Positions 13,662 to 25,293 of a DNA stretch of 64,000 bases are shown in pieces. How positions within the stretch are numbered: the stretch's first letter is position 1; each line of letters starts with the position of its first letter. A program made the position numbers and the translations under genes. The notes below the pieces were generated by a model. That model was not told the origin of the DNA and made no database searches. It saw only the letters and a list, made by a program, of their open reading frames with translations. This DNA comes from Syncephalis fuscata S228. Taxonomy: Eukaryota; Fungi; Zoopagomycota. The stretch lies in the NCBI GenBank assembly GCA_025786725.1, contig JAHLTZ010000036.1, forward strand, positions 124,001-188,000, given 5' to 3'.

Positions 13662-14478
13662 ATGAAGGTTGTTGGATTAACGGGTGGTATTGCCACTGGT
13701 AAGTCCCTAGCCTAAATTACTTGAATGCATAACAGTTAACATTCGCCAACTAATAGGCAAGTCTACTGTTTCGCGTTTACTCTCCGAGCACTATCCCATA
13801 GTGGATGCCGACCGTATTGCTCACGATATTGTTAAGCCGGGTCAGCCAGCTTATCGCGCAATTCTGCGTCACTTTTCAGACGTACCTGGCCTTGTGCTAG
13901 AGGACGGCCAGCTTGATCGCGCTCGTCTTGGCCAAGTCGTGTTTGGTAACGCCGAACGTCGAAAGATTCTTAACCAATGTACACATCCCTATGTGCGTCG
14001 ACGTATGCTATGGGAAATTATATGCTGCTGGTTTCGTGGAGAGCAAGTAGTTGTACTGGACGTACCTTTACTAATAGAAGGCGGACTTGACCGACTGGTT
14101 GCCACAGCTATTGTTGTCGACTGGTAAGTCTATTATTTAATCACTGCTAATACAAAAACTTACGACTATAACTGCAGTCCAGCTGACATTCAGTTAGCAA
14201 GACTATGTTCACGAAACAACATGGACGAAGCAACAGCACAACAAAGAATCGATGCACAGCTACCAATGTCGACAAAGTGTGCACATGCTGACTTTATTGT
14301 AGAGAACAGCGGCTCATTAGACGATTTGAAACTACGCGTTAACCAACTCGTGAAACATATACAGCCATTAAAGCTTTGGACGTGGCTTTGTTGGGTGCCA
14401 CCTATTGGATTAGTAGCAGCTATCATTAGCCTTCTATGGCGATCTATGATACAACGTCGTAAGATTAAATTAGAATAG
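13662..14478 (+). CDS. CAB5: Dephospho-CoA kinase (CoaE family), 3 exons
   Basis: MKVVGLTGGIATG|KSTVS P-loop, VDADRIAH, LDRARLG, VVLDVPLLIE, RIDAQLP and a C-terminal TM segment. Confidence 0.93.
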
Positions 14479-14554
14479 TCTAACAGCTATTTTGAAATAA
14501 AATGTTTTCATTTATTAGCAAATCAGTTGCAATAAGCAATTAAATTTGTGTATT

Positions 14555-15124
14555 CTAACGCTGCCATGGAGGTTTAATAGCCTCTGGCCGTTCTGCGCGA
14601 GGGATTTTACTATTGTATTCGATAGCAAGTGCATCGAGTTCAGCAGAAGTTGGTAATCCAGCTTGCTTCCATTCATTCACCTGTTGATGCTTAGCTAGTA
14701 AATACCACCGGAATTTCATAGTAGGTAGTGCTGTTTTTGTCTGTGCTGCTTTCTTTTTACTGCTACGAAAGCTGCTCTTTGAAAAGCTAGCGCCATAAGT
14801 TGCTTGAAGCCTCTCTTGCGATTCTTGATGTGCTAGCTTGGCCTCTTTAAGCATAATATCTTCAGCCTCTTTGGCCTTTCGCGCTGCTTCGCGTATTTCT
14901 GGCTCGTTTGATTTTGTCTTTACTTGACCGTATTTCTTCATAACACCAAGTATATTACGCTTAAAAAATGTTAATGATCCAGTCTTGTCCCCGTACACGT
15001 TCTTTGCACTGCTGTAGACCTCTTTCGTGCCCATAGGTCCTTCCTGGGCAAGAATCCTCTGCACCAAGCACCAAAGGTGCTGTGAAGGAATAGGTCGTTG
15101 TTTTTTAAGAGCTGATTTAAGCAT
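14555..15124 (-). CDS. Uncharacterised basic protein, paralogue of 33739-34305
   Basis: Intronless 189-aa ORF. Shares HLWCLVQRILAQEGPM/HMWHLVQRILACKGPM, FFK..L..MK, KKK..KT.LP..K..W.L and EWKQ.G.P..AE...LA..Y with the paralogue. Confidence 0.8.
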   Translation of the reverse strand: MLKSALKKQRPIPSQHLWCLVQRILAQEGPMGTKEVYSSAKNVYGDKTGSLTFFKRNILGVMKKYGQVKTKSNEPEIREAARKAKEAEDIMLKEAKLAHQESQERLQATYGASFSKSSFRSSKKKAAQTKTALPTMKFRWYLLAKHQQVNEWKQAGLPTSAELDALAIEYNSKIPRAERPEAIKPPWQR

Positions 15125-15399
15125 GATTATACATGTAGCGCTGACACCAGAATCAACTCAAAGCACCTGTTTGCTTGCAGCAATGTTTAACGAATATATA
15201 GTAATAATCTTAATAAAACGAAGCGTAAAGTTTGAACGATTAAAGATTACCTGCATGCAATAACTAGACAAATAATAAAATTGAATTTGATTTCGCTGTT
15301 CAAACCGGCTTAGTACAACTCAGCCACTAAAGAATAAAACAAAAAAAGAAAAAAATTAATAAATTAACACTCCATCTACTTTATTGAATTCTTTACACT

Positions 15400-16507
15400 A
15401 TGGATGTCACTGAACAGATTAAACAAGCCGAGAGTGAGCGATAGTAAGTATGAGCTGCTTTGTTCGTTAAGTATAGTTTACTTATATGTTAATCTTTTAG
15501 CAAAGCGGTTATGGTAGAACGCCTACTACCGCCAGAGCATGACCTTGCCTTACTGGCCAGCTTTGATCGCAATCCATTAGACGACAGTATATTAGCGTAA
15601 GACAATATAACATTTAATTAATTATTAGAACATTATTGTTTACGCACAATATGCAATAGTAAATCGGAGGCAACACGTTTAGATGCCTATTTACGTGAAT
15701 ACGCACGCGGCTCCACACAGCTACTTTTTAACGCCATCTTTCAACTACCTACCGATAGTAGCGATGCCGGTATTTTGGCTCGTCTACCTGACGAAATACG
15801 CACACCAATTCCTCGCGAGAAGCCAGTACCTAAGCCTAAACCATTGACCAAATGGGAGAAGTTTGCCAAACAAAAGGGCATTCAGAAGCGGAAGCGTGAC
15901 CGTATGGTGATGGATGAAGCCACTGGCGAATATAAGCCTCGCTGGGGCTATGGCCGTGTCGAAAAGGACGGTCTTGATGACTGGGCCATTGAAGTTAAGG
16001 ATAGCGATAGTAAGTCATATCAATAGCTGTAAAAAAATACTAGCAATATTAATCTTTTATTTATTTAGATCCATTGGAAGATCAATTTGCTAAGCGCCGC
16101 CAAGAAAAGAAGGAGCGTATTGCAAAGAATAAGAGCCAGGAAATGCGCAATTTATCCGAGGCCCAATCAGCTGCATTGGATCCACGTGCTGGTCGCCAGG
16201 CACGCAAAGAAATGCTGGACCAAGATCTTCGACTGTCGCGTACAGCCACAGCAAGTATGGGCCGATTCGATAAAAAGATGGATAATGAACCTAAACAAAA
16301 GGGCATTAGACGCAAGGTAATGAATTCATCTGTTCAATCACTATTTAATAATGCTAATCATCGATATATGTTCAATAGTTTGAAGCTAATGAAGGCAAGG
16401 TAACAAATGAGCGTGAACGATCAATGAAACTACTTGACAAGGTGATCGACAAGGACGGCACACTTAATGTCACTAAAGCCGTAAAAATGCAGCGTCAAGG
16501 AAAATAA
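15400..16507 (+). CDS. RRS1: Ribosome biogenesis regulatory protein Rrs1, multi-exon
   Basis: [53 protein letters not shown] and TASMGRFDK. Confidence 0.95.
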
Positions 16508-16590
16508 ATGATATTTTATTAAAACAGCAACACTAATAACGCCATCTAAATGTATCAATTGTACTGCTTGTAACTGTATTTAATGCCATA

Positions 16591-17065
16591 TTACACAGGA
16601 TGTGGCTGCAATTGCATCAATTGACAGCGTAGTATTTTGGTAGATTTAGCTACTAGTTGAGCATGAGGTGCGGTCTCTTGAGGCTGTTTATTTTCACTAG
16701 TTGGTGCAAAAATAAGATCGGTACCAACCATAAGATCCCAAGTTCCTTTAAAATAATGAATACCTATGCGTAATATAGGTTCAGCAGTATCAATTCCCTA
16801 TTGTTTATGGTTAGCTTATACTTTTACGCATACTAATACCAATAATATTAATTCAATTTACTAAACTTACTTGAATCTCGTAATCAACGGCACTGTCGAG
16901 TGTTGTCGTTGTCATTTCACTTCCTAAATCAATAATAACATGAAACTAATAATGTTATGTATTAGTAGCAATATAGCTACACTTTATACTTACCTCGTCT
17001 TCCTCCTCCTCTTCTTCTTCTTTTTCTTCGTTATTATTATATAGATTATCAGCTTGGTCTGTCAT
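16591..17065 (-). CDS. TFIIIC subunit 6 (triple-barrel, GTF3C6/Sfc7-like), 3 exons; not in the ORF track
   Basis: Spliced translation MTDQ..EEEEDE|FHVIIDLG...YEIQ|GIDTAEPILRIGIHYFKGTWDLMVGTDLIF..., matching the TFIIIC_sub6 pattern. Confidence 0.75.
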
Positions 17066-17188
17066 TGTGTTTATTGTATTGAGTAGTTGGCCAAAAATAA
17101 AATAGAAATACCACGGTTACAGATCTGTTAGCTTAACTTTTTTATCTCCAAATTCTTTCTTAATCAAAGTAACCGATAGTATTGCACT

Positions 17189-18262
17189 ATGGCAAAAGAC
17201 GGTTTCCTTACTCCCAAAGCGATTGCCAATCGTATAAAGTCTAAAGGTTTGCAGAAACTACGATGGTATTGTCAAATGTGCGAGAAACAATGCCGCGATG
17301 ACAACGGCTTTAAGGTAGAAGAGTGTTTATTGTTACGGCGATAGATGAGCTAACTTTTGACATCGATGCAGTGTCATATTATGTCAGAAAGTCATCAGCG
17401 ACAAATGATGCTGTTTGGCCAAAGTGCTGGCAAGTTTCTTGATAACTATTCAAAGGAATTTAAGACGGAATTCCTTAAAGTGCTATCTAGCCGGTAAGAA
17501 TGAAAATGATTGCAATAATAAAGTAGTTTATTAATAGTTTACGCTATAGATACAATACTAGACGGGTGCATTCCAATGTTGTTTATCAAGAATATATTAG
17601 CGATAAGAATCATGTACATATGAATTCTACTCGCTGGAATTCATTGACGGAATTTGTTGCACAACTCGGTCGAGAAGGCATTGCTGTAGTGGATGAAACA
17701 GATAAAGGATGGTTTATTCAGTGGATTGATAATAGTCCGCGTGCAATGGCTCGTAGAGTAAGTTATTACTATATATAAGTAATTATAATATTAAATAGGT
17801 ATATTGATTATAAATTAATAGGATGCGGCGGAAAAGAAGGAAAGATCCGCAGCTGATGGCGAAAAGCGAGAGAAACGCTTGATTAATGAACAAATAGTTC
17901 GTGCCAATGAACAAGCAAAGGAACTAAGTATACCAAAGGAACAGGTAGACGAACTGGCTTTTACACAACGCATATTAAGACTAATAAATATATTTGATTG
18001 ATTATGACATTAGACACCAACAGAATTAAAAAGAAGCGATGGCGAAGAAAAGATTACATTAAATTTGTCACTTAAACCGAAAAGTCTTGTGACAGCGAAG
18101 CCTATTGGGCCAAAGAAAATAGGATTTGGACTATCAGCGGTGAAGCCTGTGCAAAAGAATGCGTTTAAAGAAAAGGATCGAGAGTTACGCAACAAACGAA
18201 AGGCCGAATCAGTTGAGACGACAGATGTTCAAGATGAGAAACGGTCACGTTTGTCTGGTTGA
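17189..18262 (+). CDS. KIN17: KIN17/Rts2 zinc-finger protein, multi-exon
   Basis: TPKAIANRIKSKGLQKLRWYCQMCEKQCRDDNGFKCH..SESHQRQM and HVHMNSTRWNSLTEF. Confidence 0.95.
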
Positions 18263-18846
18263 TTGGCATTAATATAGTTACTGGGATTAATCAGAAGAAG
18301 AAGAGAAGGAGAGAAGGATAGCATGTGTATTGCTCATTCCTGGACATCACAATTGTAGCACCAATAAACTGGCTTATGGCTAAACGGGAATGATATTATA
18401 ATAGAAGTTTTAATTAATTTGCACTATTTCCTATATTTAATATCAGTGTTAATAAATGTTAAATAGTATTTTATTTCACTTACAATAAAATATTATGATT
18501 TAATTATGATGATAATACAACAGTGTCAGTTTAATTTTTTATATTAATAGATGGTAAAAATCAGAAGACCTTGGTTTACCACTGGCCATTGTACTGAATA
18601 TACTGTAAATGTTTCTGCTGGCATTAACATTGCACTATTTATTCATTCATTTAATTTATTAATTAATTGCTGCATCTTCTAGAATATATTATATTTCATT
18701 ATTCTAACAATAACACCTTCTATGATTACACTTGTTTTAAGAAACATCAACTTTGATTGTATCTCCTATCACATTCAGTAGTTTATTAGCAGCATGCTCT
18801 ATAACAATGACTTTTAATATTAAATGACTTTAATGCTTCTACTGTA

Positions 18847-19602
18847 CTTTGACTCTCACATTTTTATTGACTCATTTCATGCTTTTTCCTATCGCTATCT
18901 TATTTTTCTATTCAGTAATATATCATCAATAATACCAAATATAACAATATAAATAGCATGCGTATTTGAATATCAATAAAAAACACTATTCGATTCCTAG
19001 TCTTTATTTCTCTTATTTTACATCAACACCTGTTCAAGCAACCTCAACGGCATGCCTTATATTCCGGAATAACTGTTGCCACAAGATCTTCTGGTAAAAA
19101 CACTCAACCTATCATTATTGCGTATGATGGAGGCTGATTTGCTTTATTAATGATTGGCAGATAAACTGCGCCTACCAAATTGATATTAAGAATACTCAAG
19201 AAAATGGTGAACATCAGAAACTCTAGTTGTTTTACTTTTTTATCGCCATACATGAGTATCTTACATTGCAAATATGCCCAAATGCGACAGTAGAAGATTG
19301 GAGAATAGAAAAGACCATTTGGACGAAAGAAACCACACTGTATGCAGTAACAAAAATAACAACTACGGAACGATATAGAATCACAATCAATGTCTTTTAT
19401 TAATATTCAATCAACCTTTCTACACATGACCAACAACAACAATAATCGGCCTCGTGAATTTCAAGTAATAAAACAAGAACATTATATTTGTGTTTTGTTA
19501 TGCATAACAGCAGTAGCAGTGGCTATCTTGCGGTCATTTTGCTACAATTGACTTGAATTGGGACGAATTTTGCTTTGGGGACTCCAAATGTGAGAGTCAA
19601 AG
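18847..19602 (+). mobile_element. Non-autonomous TIR element with decayed Fanzor 3' coding remnant (family B, copy 1, both ends intact)
   Basis: Perfect 17-bp TIRs CTTTGACTCTCACATTT (18847) and AAATGTGAGAGTCAAAG (ends 19602), each flanked by TA. The broken internal frame reads IIIAYDGG*FA..IGR*TAPTKLI...EYL(T)LQICP.C... Confidence 0.85.
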
Positions 19603-19847
19603 TAAAATAAAACCAATTTATTGTACAAATAACAATATAATAAAAGCAGGAGTATATTTAATATGAAGGCAGTAATAATGCTATATCGCATATTATTCTA
19701 TAATTTAAATTGTATTTATGTAGCTGAAATAGGTTTCAGCAAGGGCGTCAAACACCCAAAATAATAAATTTATGATTGCAAATATAAGCTATTTTCTTGA
19801 GAAATATAATATTAAGTTTGTATAAATGTTTGCAACTATTTTTTTAT

Positions 19848-21907
19848 TTAGAACATATATGCTTCGTACAGCCCACTGCTTTCAGCGTTAATTTGACCAA
19901 TAACGACATTTGATACACGATATTGAGGAAGCATACTTTTTACATACTCATTCAAAGATGCTAGATTTGTTGTTTTAATTGCGCCTGTATACTTCTCTTT
20001 TTCAGCTTTTCTGCCAATAAGGCGCGCTGGCGGTTTGTATATATATTTAGTGTACAGGTCAATAAGCCAACTTTTCCTGTGTGTTCCATAAAGAACTGAG
20101 CATAATGATCCAAGAAAAGGAATTATTGTTGAATAATATGGACAAGCAATTGAGTGTAGTAAACTCCCATCTCGAGCATCCAGCACATCAAATTTGTCAT
20201 AGTGCTGAATGATTATTAGTTTTTCACTGTATAAATGTTCAATTCTATTGCTACTTATATAACGGCTCCATAGTATACGTCCTTGATCGCAACTATCAAT
20301 TGGCTGTGATCGGCCATAATCTCTGACATCAAATATTGATTGTGATGAGGTATTTGCTGAAAACTTGCCAAATGCAAATAACGATAGCCAAACATCAAAT
20401 GTTTTGTCGCTATTAATACTTGGTATATATCCTGCCTTAAATACATTAATTAGACACATCTTTTCAGTATACATTTCCGTCTTGATTATTGCGTTTGAAT
20501 AATATGGACCGATAATTTCATTTGATAATATTTTTCTACACTGAGATTGACCTTTTTGAACATCAAATAACTTCCATTTAATACGCATCGTTTGATTGTC
20601 ACGATCAAAGACTTGCCCATTTGGAATAGTAGCAGTTGTAGAACTAGTATTGGATTCTTCAGAGCCATGCACTATTGCCCACGATAGGAATTGGCATTGT
20701 TTGCGAGAAACAAATTGTATACAAATGCGTGAATCATACTTGGGTAGTCTTGGGCCTTTTATCCACTGCTTTCCATCCAGATCAAGCAAATCAACTATAT
20801 AATATGGCTTTGGTATAAATTGGTACGTAAAAGCATCCACTGATTATAAATGCCAATTAAAGAAGGCCTTCCTCGTTGCTCATTTCTATCCATGCCTTCA
20901 AGATAAATAATATTTGGAGCTGAATTGCCAGTATGCGACCATACTACCATGGCCTTTCGAATGTAGGTTCCTCGTCTTTTAAAGATGCTGTGGGCGAGTC
21001 TATATTAAAGAAACCATCTGAAGTAGTAAAAATATTACTTTTGCTTTCTCTAATATATCGTGCTTCTAATTCGTCCATATTTACTATTTTAATAATATTA
21101 CCAAGTAGTTAGTATTGTTACTAGTATTAATCATTAGTATTTACATATTTGTTCACCAAAAAATATGGGCTTTACGTCAATGTATGTACTTAAAGAAATA
21201 CTGCCCACAACAAATCTATACGCCCCATAGACAGCGTTGATTAAGGCTCTACCATTGAACAGAGATGATGATAAAGGAATAGTTAATTCCTTCCAATCCA
21301 ATTCTTTGTTACTGCACTTATTCGTCTTGCTAAATATATCATGTCGGATTGACCATATTTTTGAGGCATTTTCGTCCCAAACCAACCCGTGCCAAGGATT
21401 TACGTCGACTATTTTCAAATAAGTAAATTTAGTAACTGGCAGCTGGCACATTCGTTTTTTGAATCGCCCCGACATGAAGTTGCAATTAGTTTGGCGACGC
21501 CGGTTATAAGCATAAAACCACTGAGTAATATCAAAATTATTGTCGAATAATAAACTATTAATAGATGGTGTATGTTCACTATTGGCATGACCAGAATTTG
21601 TAGTAGTAGATAATAATAAATTTTCATGTTTTGTTTGATTTACATTAAATGTACGCGCTCTTAATTCTGTTGTAGCATTGATGTGCCAATTATACCATGT
21701 AAGCCATTCTTGTTCGCGCCGATCACCTAGACAAAATGTTCGTCTATACCTTCCTTCCCAATAACCAGGTCTATCGACTATTATTTGGTAAATAAATCGA
21801 CAGCTGGTCGCAAAGAGTACTAGTTCTTGGCCTTCTATAAAGCAACACAAATACAGTAGAATGTCGCGATTTTGCCATAAACATTCGTTATGAGTATTTA
21901 AAGACAT
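19848..21907 (-). CDS. F-box-like N-terminus, lineage-specific protein (two ORF blocks joined by an intron and/or frameshift)
   Basis: N-terminal LWQNRDILLYLCCFIEGQELVLFATSCRFIYQII..YWEGRY and WFYAYNRRRQTNCNF.G pattern; about 590 aa of coding-like sequence. Confidence 0.55.
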
Positions 21908-22408
21908 GGTTTTCTATGAATATTTGTATTTAAATGCATGGTAGACTAGAAATAGTTGTTTTAAGATTGCTACGTGATATGCAGGAGGAATAGTATTATA
22001 TGTCTATTGGTATTCAATGAATATTGACTTTGCTTAATTTACAAACTGTATGTTTTAATCTGTTTTATGCTACCGACACTTGTTTGTAGTAGTTTAGATC
22101 AATTGTAAACGATCGAGTATCATTGAGGAATGCAGTATGAAAACAAATGTCTATTGTTGTTATCTAGAAAGCCTTGTATCAAGTTCTAGCAATTTCTTTA
22201 GTATGTTTATATAAAATTTTTATTAGTTTTTTGTTTATTCAACAGGCGAATTTGTAACCAACGTTTCTTATGTACATAAAAACAATCAATTTGGTTACTA
22301 TGGAATTTCTTTGTAAACAAAATTTCAGTGAATATAAATATTGTTTGGATATATTCTTTATTTAACAAATATGTTATGAATCTTTCGCCGTCTATGATAT
22401 AAATTATT

Positions 22409-22768
22409 ATGGTCTTATCGGTTACCCTTTTAGCCTGTACCTCGGTACATTTGTGGGGATCCGTAACTGTTAATGCGGTAAAACTTGCAACAGCCTACTT
22501 GGGGGTCAATTTTGGTGCATATGCAGTAACTAATCAGATGATTAAAAAGGTTGACAAAAAGGAACGCGCAGCTAGCATTAATTTAAAACAAAGCGACTTG
22601 AATGACAACACAAGTTTTGTCATTGTTAATAACAATGAAGATGACGACATGATCACTGTAGATCTCGATACTGATAAAGGAAACGATACTCGGTCATTAT
22701 TTGCGACAAAACCACACGAGTATACTGATGGAATGAAGAAAGCTTTTGGAAGTCGAACTTGTTGCTGA
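22409..22768 (+). CDS. Small hypothetical protein
   Basis: 119-aa ATG ORF with a hydrophobic N-terminal half and an acidic C-terminal half; no recognised motif. Confidence 0.45.
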   Translation: MVLSVTLLACTSVHLWGSVTVNAVKLATAYLGVNFGAYAVTNQMIKKVDKKERAASINLKQSDLNDNTSFVIVNNNEDDDMITVDLDTDKGNDTRSLFATKPHEYTDGMKKAFGSRTCC

Positions 22769-23174
22769 TGACCCCAAATTTGACATCATATGATGGTTCA
22801 CTAGCTTATTTGATTTTTTATGTTGGTACTAATAATATATATATTTAAAACTGTTACATGCTAAACGGTTAATGAACCGTTTATAAACAATGAGGTATTC
22901 AGATGGTGTGCTACGACAATAACATAAATATGTTTTCAACATGTTACATTGACTATAATTTAACATTTAGCTAATGCAACTAAAGATACAGCTTTACTTT
23001 GTATCAGGTACTGTTTTGTGTATGACCATCCAAATTTGATGCAATAAATTATCTATAAAGTCATATTGCTTTAATTTTGTTGGTAGATATTTATTTATTA
23101 AAGTAAAAAATATATAATAAGCTACTTGTTGCAGAATACTTTGTAGCTTTGATGGTTTATTGAATTTAGCTATG

Positions 23175-23601
23175 TTGACCAGCCAGATCTGTAACAAGTT
23201 TAAAACGAAATGTTGAACAATGTGACGACTATAAAATCAAACATAAGATGCATGGTGTTCAAATGCCAGACTTGTGATACATATGGAACGCAATGCGATA
23301 GCTGCCAAAACATACACTATGTCTTCACGTATAAATCAAAACATTATTATGAGTTTATTGCTAAGTTCAAACGTGAAGCCACCCATTCACCTTTTTCGCC
23401 ACTCACCCAGGTATAACTTGTTTAGATTCACATCATCTCTACATTTATTTAGCATATTAGTATTTCTTTTCTTAGACAACTCGCATTTGTCTTCAAATGT
23501 TTATACAAGGCCTTTTTACGATAGTCCGCAAGTCCTTGTGCTGACGGTGTTGAAGGATCTCGTGGAATTAATGTAAAATCCTTTACGACTGGGGCTAACT
23601 G
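23175..23601 (+). pseudogene. Second-subfamily Fanzor relic (Zn-finger/RuvC-III) with structured 3' tail
   Basis: Across frameshifts: LTSQICNK.KTK..LNNVTT..KHKMHGV.KCQTCDT.WN RNAIAAKNIHYVFTY..KH....AKFKR. A hairpin-rich segment follows, ending GGGGCTAACTG|TA. Confidence 0.7.
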
Positions 23602-24250
23602 TACTACTACTGTACCACACTATCTGCATTGTTTTGTTTCGTTTCACATTATTCAGTCCTCGTATATTATTGCCATTGGCTTATTCACTAGAAAACAGGC
23701 GAGCTGCATTACTCTTGCGTTTGATTAATGCTATCTCCTGAGTCGACCGATATGGCTGTCGTGTTACATAACTCATTAAAACCGGCGTAAACGACAAAAC
23801 AAAGGATATTTGACTGGGACAGAAAGGACAGCATGGTTACTGAATGATTGAATTAAGGCAATAACTTTGCCTAATTTAGGTTTAAGAAAGCTATCATCGC
23901 CGTATGCCTAGCAATTAATGCGAGCTTGGCATCACTTCTCCCGTATCAATCACGTTTTTGTTGCTTTCGTGCACTTCGCATTACTGATCAAGCATTGTTA
24001 TTGTGGCATCCACAGTGTCGCCTTGAATTATTACCGCTATTAGCAGCATTCGGTCAAACTCATCATTACACTAGCCTATCGATTGCATAATTTTGCCACA
24101 AGTAGCTGAAACGTCTAGTATTCCCATAGATTTTACGGGCAATTAAGCCTTATAATCACCCGTTTGATTATGGTTTACTAAAATTTTATCAACTATTTTT
24201 ATTAACGCTACTTTAATTTCCGCTCAAACGCTAAATATTACATAACAATT

Positions 24251-25168
24251 ATGACGAATCTGGAGTATAGTAATAGCGCCAGCCCGGCTATTAATCCTCT
24301 TGGAGAAATATCTGGCTTTGATTTTGTTGTTCAGGCGCATGATGATTTAAAAGAGGCACGCGAACGAATGTTTGGCCTAACACTGCAGCTAAGCATTCTT
24401 GTAGTAATTCTCTATATTTTTATTTGGGAAACCATCCGTTCTGTTCGACTCGTTCGCTTAATGTCCAATGGTTTCAGTACTTGGTGCTGCTTAGCCCAAG
24501 CTTTGACGGGTACCATCGTCAACTTGATCAACTTGATAAACAAGATCAGTAGTTGGCCTACATGCCGACATCAGATGTATGTCGATGCGGTCGGCCTTTC
24601 AATTGGTCGTATGAGCATCAATGCGTTACTCCTAGCAAAAGCGTATTACGTCAACGGAAAGGATAGGCGTCTTTTAATTATTGGCTGTTTGGCCATGCTT
24701 CCCGAGCCGTCCATTGCCTACATCATTATTGCTCAGTGTCAATACGCGGTAACCGCCGTTGGTAGCTGCTCGCTTTTATATCCAGCCTGGTTCCCGTGGG
24801 TCTATTCCGCGCTTGATGTACCAATCCATATTGTCTTTTCTGCTGCGTTTATCTTTGTTGTAGTAAGACAATATCGACTTTTGGGTTTAGCGGCATGGGA
24901 GAAGCTACAAAACGACTCGATCACCTATTTGCTAGGCATTGTTGTATTCAAGATCATCATGCTACTTATTGTTGCATCGCGTGTTGCCGGCGACGCCACT
25001 GCAACGCTGGCGCTTGTGGAATGGGTTATCTGCTCTCTTCTGGTTATTAAACAACAAGAAAGTATTCGTGAGGCCTTTAAGAAGAAAACCCAAATGCAAA
25101 AGTACATGCTGAAGAAACCTACGCAGTACAAGTATGCATCGCTAGTAGGCCCGACACGTTTCAATTAA
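24251..25168 (+). CDS. Intronless multi-pass (about 7 TM) receptor-like membrane protein
   Basis: 305 aa with about 7 hydrophobic segments, Cys before TM3 (WPTC) and in the following extracellular loop (GSC), and a basic C-terminal tail. Confidence 0.7.
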   Translation: MTNLEYSNSASPAINPLGEISGFDFVVQAHDDLKEARERMFGLTLQLSILVVILYIFIWETIRSVRLVRLMSNGFSTWCCLAQALTGTIVNLINLINKISSWPTCRHQMYVDAVGLSIGRMSINALLLAKAYYVNGKDRRLLIIGCLAMLPEPSIAYIIIAQCQYAVTAVGSCSLLYPAWFPWVYSALDVPIHIVFSAAFIFVVVRQYRLLGLAAWEKLQNDSITYLLGIVVFKIIMLLIVASRVAGDATATLALVEWVICSLLVIKQQESIREAFKKKTQMQKYMLKKPTQYKYASLVGPTRFN

Positions 25169-25293
25169 TAAGCAATAGGCTGTTAATAAATAGCGCGTGT
25201 AGATCTAATATTTTATTTGAATTTAATACAATAATCATAGCAATATTATCGCTTATACTAAATGATAATATAATAACAATAGTAATAATAAAT

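Noticed and set aside
12133-17065. Functional clustering of the RNase P RNA with a TFIIIC subunit
   Set aside because: They are separated by unrelated genes; the proximity is probably chance.
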